Below, piece after piece: positions 14,192-19,651 of a stretch of DNA of 19,651 nt. Within the stretch, counting starts at the first letter, position 1. Every line of letters begins with the position of its first letter. This DNA is from an uncultured Eubacteriales bacterium. Its GTDB lineage: Bacteria; Bacillota; Clostridia; Oscillospirales; CAG-272. Location: contig CAKRMZ010000031.1 of NCBI GenBank assembly GCA_934365155.1, positions 1-19,651 of the forward strand. Direction: 5' to 3'. The notes under the pieces are model-generated. The model was not told the origin of the DNA, ran no database searches, and saw only the letters and a list, made by a program, of their open reading frames with translations. Made by a program: the position numbers and the translations under genes.

Positions 14192-15460
14192 TCACTGACG
14201 AATCTGACCGTCACCGCAAACCAGATATTTTACGGTCGTAAGCTCCCGAAGTCCCATCGGCCCTCTTGCATGTAATTTTTGAGTGGAAATACCGATTTCC
14301 GCGCCGAAGCCGAACTCCTCCCCGTCTGTAAAGCGAGTGGAAGCGTTCACATACACAGCGGCACAATCCACTTGTGCCTGAAATTTCCGAGCCGTTTTAA
14401 TATTCTCTGTAATAATGCATTCACTGTGCCCGGTCGTATATTCTCGAATATGCGCAATCGCCTCATCCACCGAGTCAACAATCTTTACCGCAATAATATA
14501 ATCGTTATATTCCGTCGCATAATCCTCTGCGGAAGCCGCTGTCGCTTGACTTAACACGGCACGGGTACGCTCACATCCGCGGATTTCAAGATTGAACGGA
14601 CGGGTTTGTTCATAAAATTTCGGCAAAAACTTTTCTGCAACCGACGCATGGCAAAGCAAGGTTTCAATCGCATTGCAAACAGACGGACGTTGCGTCTTTG
14701 CGTTTACGGCTACCCGCACCGCCATGTCCAAATCGGCATCGGCATCCACATAAAGATGACAATTCCCCGCCCCTGTTTCAATCACGGGTACCTTTGAATT
14801 TTCCACAACGGAACGGATTAATCCCGCGCCGCCCCGCGGAATCAGCACATCAATCAATCCGCGCATCTTCATCAAAGCCTCCGAGCTTTCGCGGGTAGTA
14901 TTATCAATAAATCCGATTGCACTTCCCGGCAATCCGACGCGCTCGAGAGAATCACGCATAATTTTAATCAAACAGCGATTGGAACAAATGGCCTCTTTTC
15001 CGCCGCGCAGTACCACTGCGTTACCCGCTTTAAGGCAAAGCACCGCCGCATCTACCGTAACATTCGGCCGAGCCTCATAGATCATTGCGCAAACGCCGAG
15101 CGGAACACGTATCGCCGTGATTTCCAAACCGTTCGGGCGTTCCGTGCGCGTGCCTTCGCCGAGCGGATCCGGCAGTGCCGCAACCTTCTCAGCCGCATTG
15201 GCAATAGCATTGATACGCGCATGATCCAGTCTCAGGCGATCCACCATGGAAGTTTTCATACCGTTTGCTTCTGCAGCGGCGATATCCCGCGCATTCTCGG
15301 CAATAATCTCATCACTATGTTCCCGTAGCGAACGGGCAATTTCTTCAAGAGCCTTGACCTTTTGATACTTGGATGCCTGCGCGACCAAAACCGATGCTTC
15401 CTTCGCCGCACGACACTCCTTCTGAACATAATCAAAAATGTCCTGTCCCATCACACTCAT
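14192..15460 (-). CDS. proA: Glutamate-5-semialdehyde dehydrogenase (gamma-glutamyl phosphate reductase)
   Basis: Full-length aldehyde-dehydrogenase fold with the catalytic-Cys motif PSVCNAIETLL. C-terminal region is typical of ProA (TQKLHARGPMGLRELTT.KY). The SD is weak and the exact start is uncertain by 3 codons. Confidence 0.92.
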   Translation of the reverse strand: MSVMGQDIFDYVQKECRAAKEASVLVAQASKYQKVKALEEIARSLREHSDEIIAENARDIAAAEANGMKTSMVDRLRLDHARINAIANAAEKVAALPDPLGEGTRTERPNGLEITAIRVPLGVCAMIYEARPNVTVDAAVLCLKAGNAVVLRGGKEAICSNRCLIKIMRDSLERVGLPGSAIGFIDNTTRESSEALMKMRGLIDVLIPRGGAGLIRSVVENSKVPVIETGAGNCHLYVDADADLDMAVRVAVNAKTQRPSVCNAIETLLCHASVAEKFLPKFYEQTRPFNLEIRGCERTRAVLSQATAASAEDYATEYNDYIIAVKIVDSVDEAIAHIREYTTGHSECIITENIKTARKFQAQVDCAAVYVNASTRFTDGEEFGFGAEIGISTQKLHARGPMGLRELTTVKYLVCGDGQIRQ

Positions 15461-15481
15461 CTCACTTTCGTTTGTTATGAC

Positions 15482-16159
15482 TCAAAGCAATAACGCTTTC
15501 AGCTCCGATAAACGGTCGATTGCACAGATAAAATCTCGCCGTTCATCTTCAAAAATATTTCGCCGATAAAAACATGCTTGCATTTCAGCGGACAGCGGTC
15601 CTTCTATATCCCATTCAAAACGATCGCCGACGTATAAGCAATTTTGCGGCTTATAATTTAACCGCTCGGCGGCAAGCTGAAAAATACGGGGGTCCGGCTT
15701 TGCATATCCCACTGCTTCCGAAACCAGAATGATATCCATTTGCGGTTCAAGTTTTGCCCTTTTGATTTTTTCGCTTTGAAGCACAGTACGTCCGTTTGTA
15801 ATAATTCCCAAACGATATCCACCGTTTTTGAGTGCACATAAGGTATCCATTGTATCGTCAAATACAACCGTATACCGACGGTAATCCTTTTCATAGCTTT
15901 GTGCAATTTCTTCCGTCAAGATTTTTTGACCGGCCTGTTCCAGTTTTATGACAAAATGAGAAAACACCTCGTCCCGCGGAGTCGCCCCACGGCGTTCAAA
16001 GCGAACAAGGTCCTCAATCGCATCTTTGATAAAAGTCTCATCGGAAACCGAATGCGCTATCATAAAATCCGTTGCCCAGTTTCGAAACATCCGGTTGCGA
16101 TCAATTAAGGTATCGTCCAAATCAAAAAGCACCGCATAAATATCATTTCGATTTTTCAT
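15482..16159 (-). CDS. HAD-superfamily (subfamily IA) hydrolase/phosphatase
   Basis: Motif I is FDLDDTL, motif II is GIITNG, motif III is the Lys in GYAKPDP, motif IV is YVGDRFEWD. I prefer the ATG at 16157-16159, which overlaps the proB stop (TGATG), over the track's GTG at 16171. Confidence 0.85.
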   Translation of the reverse strand: MKNRNDIYAVLFDLDDTLIDRNRMFRNWATDFMIAHSVSDETFIKDAIEDLVRFERRGATPRDEVFSHFVIKLEQAGQKILTEEIAQSYEKDYRRYTVVFDDTMDTLCALKNGGYRLGIITNGRTVLQSEKIKRAKLEPQMDIILVSEAVGYAKPDPRIFQLAAERLNYKPQNCLYVGDRFEWDIEGPLSAEMQACFYRRNIFEDERRDFICAIDRLSELKALLL

Positions 16160-16947
16160 CACTGACCCCACCGAAAATATGTTCCCACTTTTTTTCCGTC
16201 AAAAATATCATAAAGGATATCCGGATTCTCTCCATTCACAATGATCATGGGGATATCCGCAGCGCACACCATGCTGGCTGCACGCAATTTTGTTGCCATG
16301 CCTCCGGTCCCGCGGGAAGAGCCGATTCCTCCGGCCATCGAAAGAATTTCATCCGTCAGTGTATCCACCACGTCAATCTTTTTGGCATCGGCACAAACAC
16401 GCGGATCCGCCGAAAACAAACCTTCTACATCGCTCATATTAATCAGGATATCCGCATTGCATAAAATAGCTACATAAGCGGAAAGCGTGTCGTTTCCGCC
16501 AAAATTCACGCCTTCAATTGAAATGGAATCATTTTCATTCACAATCGGCACACAGTTCATTTTTAGCAATGTGCGGAATGTATTGCATGCATTGTGCCGA
16601 AGCGTTTCGTCATCCACAACGTCTTTCGTAATCAATACCTGCGCTACCGTATGTCCAAACGAAGCAAACAGTTCCCCGTAGATACGCATCAATTCACTTT
16701 GTCCCACCGCGGCCATCGCCTGTTTTTCCTCTGTGCTCATCGGATAATGATGCAAACCGATCTTTGCCGAGCCGGCGGATACCGCTCCGGAGCTCACCAC
16801 AACAATTTCCTTTCCGCTGTTTTTCAAATCGGCAAGAACATGCACAAAGCGCTCCAAGCGTCTCAAATTGATTAAACCGGTCTGATATGTCAGCGTTGAC
16901 GAACCGATTTTCACGACAACGCGCTTGGCATTTTTGATGCGATCCAT
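16159..16947 (-). CDS. proB: Glutamate 5-kinase (262 aa, no PUA domain)
   Basis: Amino-acid-kinase fold: RVVVKIGSSTLT, VVSSGAV, VNENDS and GGMATKL motifs. ATG at 16945-16947, with an AGGAG SD. Confidence 0.92.
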   Translation of the reverse strand: MDRIKNAKRVVVKIGSSTLTYQTGLINLRRLERFVHVLADLKNSGKEIVVVSSGAVSAGSAKIGLHHYPMSTEEKQAMAAVGQSELMRIYGELFASFGHTVAQVLITKDVVDDETLRHNACNTFRTLLKMNCVPIVNENDSISIEGVNFGGNDTLSAYVAILCNADILINMSDVEGLFSADPRVCADAKKIDVVDTLTDEILSMAGGIGSSRGTGGMATKLRAASMVCAADIPMIIVNGENPDILYDIFDGKKVGTYFRWGQ

Positions 16948-17084
16948 GATATTTTTACTCCTAATTTAGTCAAAAAAATAAAAAAAGACTTTTCTTGTTT
17001 CGTGTTTTATATTATAATTATAAATATTATACTTCTAACTTACAAAAATTTCAACCTTAAAACCGAAATTAAGGAGGAATCATC

Positions 17085-17384
17085 GTGAAAAACAAATGCA
17101 AAGTGGAGATTTCCGGAATTCAACTCACTATGCTTTCGGATAACAGTCCCGAAGAAATCAAATCCATGGCAGACGCATTGGATAAAAAGCTCCGCGAGTT
17201 AACAATCGATCAGTATCACTATAACAAAACCGAAGCGGCTATCATATGCGCACTGGATTTTTTAGAGGAAAACAAAAGGCTTGAAAAATCCCTTGCCCAA
17301 TTAAAGCATCAATTGGAAACACAAAAATTAGATCTTGAAATTTTGAAGATTGAAAACGAAAAGCTTAGAAACAAAAAAGAATAA
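17085..17384 (+). CDS. zapA: Cell division protein ZapA (99 aa)
   Basis: GTG start, with AAGGAGG 7 nt upstream. ZapA-like N-terminal domain (VEISGIQLTMLSDNSPEEIKSMADALDKKL...TEAAIICALD) and a C-terminal coiled coil. Confidence 0.85.
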   Translation: MKNKCKVEISGIQLTMLSDNSPEEIKSMADALDKKLRELTIDQYHYNKTEAAIICALDFLEENKRLEKSLAQLKHQLETQKLDLEILKIENEKLRNKKE

Positions 17385-17400
17385 GGCGGGTTGATCACAA

Positions 17401-19509
17401 ATGAAATTTTTGCAGCATCCCGAGCTGCTCGTTCCCGCAGGATCGGCGGACGCACTTTCCGCAGCAATCAACGGCGGCGCGGATGCCGTTTATTTTGGCG
17501 GCACCGCTTTTAATGCCCGTCAAAACGCGAAAAATTTTGATAGAAGCGCCATGCGCAACGCCATTGACCGCTGCCATTTTTACGGTGTGCGAACCAACAT
17601 TACGTTTAATACGCTACTTTACGAAAAGGAATATCCTGAAGCACTGCGTTATGCCGAATTCCTGTACAATGCCGGAGCAGACGCCTTGATTGTCGCCGAT
17701 TTCGGATTGGCCTCCGCAATCAAAGCCTACTTCCCGCAAATGGAGCTGCACGCCAGTACACAGGCAAGTATCCACAACACTGACGGTGTCGCTGCCGCCA
17801 AAGCTCTCGGATTTTCCCGTACGGTTCTCGCACGGGAGTTACCGGAACACGATGTGCGTGAAATTTGCAAAAGAGCATCCGAAATCGGCATGGAAACGGA
17901 AATGTTTATCCATGGTGCCCTTTGTGTATCCGTTTCCGGGCAATGCCTGTTTTCATCCTTGGTCGGCGGACGCAGCGGCAATCGCGGTGAATGTGCGCAG
18001 CCATGCCGGCTCCCCTATCAGGGCGTTCCCGGGTGTTCTTATCCGCTGAGTCTCAAAGATCTTTCCCTCGCGGACCGCATTCCGGAAATCCTGTCTTTAG
18101 GAGTCTCTTCTCTGAAAATCGAGGGGCGGATGCGCAGCCCGGAATATGTTTATACCGTAACACGCATCTACCGCCGTCTTTTGGACGAAGAACGCGCCGC
18201 GGAGGAAAGCGAAAAAAATATACTCCGTGCCGCTTTTTCGCGCAGCGGCTTCACCGATGCATATTTTACATCCCGTATATCCGACGCAATGTGCGGCACC
18301 CGAACCGAAAAAGACAAAAAGCAAGGAGCTGAATTTGAAAAAAGCGTTGCGATTTCAGAACGCAAGCTTCCCGTTCAAATCGATGCTCGGTTTCGCTCCG
18401 ATTGCCCGACAAGAATTTGTATGCAGCTCGGCAACCTCCGCGCTGAAGCCACCGGCGCGACACCGATGCTGGCGCGCTCCGCACCGATTACAAAGGAGGA
18501 TTTCAAATCGTCCGTCTTAAAGCTCGGCTCCACCCCGTTTTCCGCCGGCCATCTGAATATCGATTTTGAGGACGGACTGTTCCTGCCGAAGGCAGAGCTG
18601 AATCGGCTCCGCCGGAATGCGACCGAGGAGCTGTATGAACAAAGAATTCAAGAAAGTCAAAAGCGACGTCCGATTTTGCATCCGGAGTTTTCAGTGCCGT
18701 TCCCGGTTTTCGCCGACAAGCATTTCCGTGTTTCCAATATTGCCGTATTTTCTTCATGCGACAATTTGCCGGGCAGCCAAGTGCTTTCCTTTTTTGACGA
18801 AATCTATATCAGCGCATATGCATATGCCGAAGCCGAGAAAAAGCAGTTACCCCTTAAGGGGATTACGGGCATTGTCATGCCTGCGGCCTTTTTTGATCAT
18901 GAAAAAAGCAGGTTTGATTCTCTTTTGCGTCGGGCCAAAGCAAACGGTATAAAACATGCCGTCTGTGAAAACATCGGTCAAATTGCGCTGTTGAGAGAAA
19001 TCGGATTTCAAATTCATGGGGGATTTCGGCTCAATGTTTACAGTGCGGCTTCGTCCGATGCTCTGCTCACTCTTGGGGTGTCGGATATCTGTCTTTCGCC
19101 GGAGCTGTGCCTTGCCGCCATGCGTGATATATCGCTCCCCTGCCCGAAAGGTGCCATCGTATACGGAAGCATTCCGTTGATGACTCTGGAAAAATGCATC
19201 TTCCGATGCTTTGAAAATTACTCTGACAGCGCCGATACGCACCGAAATTGTCCGTTTCACCGCAATTCTCCGCCAAACCTTGTGGATCGGAGAGGAGTCC
19301 GTTTCCCGGTTCTCCGCGATTTTTCCCATCGCAATGTGATTCTCAACAGCGTTCCTGTTTATATGGCGGATCGCAGCGACGAGCTTTTAGCGGCAAACAT
19401 TCAAAACCGCTGGTTCCTTTTCAACCGTGAAACGGAATCTGCAATCGAGAACATTGTTCATTCTTACCGCACTTACAGCCCGGCAAACTTTCCCATTCGT
19501 CGCATGTAA
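17401..19509 (+). CDS. U32-family protein (annotated family name: peptidase U32/collagenase-like), long 702-aa form
   Basis: U32 signature EMFIHGALCVSVSGQCLFSS, followed by RGECAQPCRLPY. The extended C-terminal region carries a further Cys/His cluster (CIFRC...HRNCPFH). Confidence 0.9.
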   Translation: MKFLQHPELLVPAGSADALSAAINGGADAVYFGGTAFNARQNAKNFDRSAMRNAIDRCHFYGVRTNITFNTLLYEKEYPEALRYAEFLYNAGADALIVADFGLASAIKAYFPQMELHASTQASIHNTDGVAAAKALGFSRTVLARELPEHDVREICKRASEIGMETEMFIHGALCVSVSGQCLFSSLVGGRSGNRGECAQPCRLPYQGVPGCSYPLSLKDLSLADRIPEILSLGVSSLKIEGRMRSPEYVYTVTRIYRRLLDEERAAEESEKNILRAAFSRSGFTDAYFTSRISDAMCGTRTEKDKKQGAEFEKSVAISERKLPVQIDARFRSDCPTRICMQLGNLRAEATGATPMLARSAPITKEDFKSSVLKLGSTPFSAGHLNIDFEDGLFLPKAELNRLRRNATEELYEQRIQESQKRRPILHPEFSVPFPVFADKHFRVSNIAVFSSCDNLPGSQVLSFFDEIYISAYAYAEAEKKQLPLKGITGIVMPAAFFDHEKSRFDSLLRRAKANGIKHAVCENIGQIALLREIGFQIHGGFRLNVYSAASSDALLTLGVSDICLSPELCLAAMRDISLPCPKGAIVYGSIPLMTLEKCIFRCFENYSDSADTHRNCPFHRNSPPNLVDRRGVRFPVLRDFSHRNVILNSVPVYMADRSDELLAANIQNRWFLFNRETESAIENIVHSYRTYSPANFPIRRM

Positions 19510-19570
19510 TGCCCATTGTTATATCTATTTTTATTTTCCCCTGTACTTCTTATCAGAAAGGACCTTTCCC

Positions 19571-19651
19571 ATGCGAAAAAATTTTTGGCTGAATCTCTTT
19601 CTTATCTGCGCCGGCATTGTGATCGGCACGTTAATCGCAAAGCTCACAGCA
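19571..19651 (+). CDS. 5' end (27 codons) of a small membrane protein, possibly DUF4321-like; truncated by the window edge
   Basis: ATG at 19571. MRKNFWLNLFLICAGIVIGTLIAKLTA has a basic N-terminus followed by a TM helix. The SD is weak (AAAGGA). The family assignment is from memory of similar N-termini. Confidence 0.4.
   Translation, partial: MRKNFWLNLFLICAGIVIGTLIAKLTA

Noticed and set aside
16948-17084. Possible T-box or other leader riboswitch upstream of proB.
   Set aside because: The intergenic region is only about 137 bp, extremely AT-rich and shared with the divergent zapA promoter. It is too short for a T-box and has no specifier/terminator architecture.
17483-19430. Multiple ORFs of 60-160 aa on both strands inside the U32 gene (for example 18847-19329 on the minus strand).
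   Set aside because: They are nested within a 702-aa ORF that carries the family signature motif. Arg/Pro/Ser-rich compositions like these are typical of off-frame translation of GC-normal coding DNA.

Overview
Low-GC Gram-positive (Clostridia-like) chromosomal segment, read by eye only; no searches or computations were run. It splits into two parts.

**Housekeeping, about 10.2-19.6 kb.** Minus strand: ymdB, rny, thiI, proA, a HAD hydrolase and proB. Plus strand: zapA, a large U32-family protein and the first 27 codons of a small membrane protein.

**Accessory-looking, 0-9.9 kb, all on the minus strand.**
- (a) A TetR regulator, followed by two tandem paralogous collagen-like surface proteins with C1q/BclA-like C-terminal heads, followed by a 978-aa sortase-type repeat adhesin.
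- (b) A four-gene cassette directly downstream of tRNA-Ser(GGA):
  - an AT-rich XRE-HTH protein with an unrecognised, roughly 330-aa C-terminal part;
  - a compact 103-aa HNH nuclease;
  - a 60-aa hyper-acidic Asp/Met-rich microprotein;
  - a double zinc-ribbon membrane protein.

Cassette (b) is my best candidate for an undescribed system, either a nuclease/inhibitor pair or a defence-like module. This is inference from architecture only. The collagen-stalk surface operon is the second candidate.

No CRISPR array, integrase, transposase or rRNA was seen. Several ORF-track starts were moved to internal ATGs that have Shine-Dalgarno (SD) sites.
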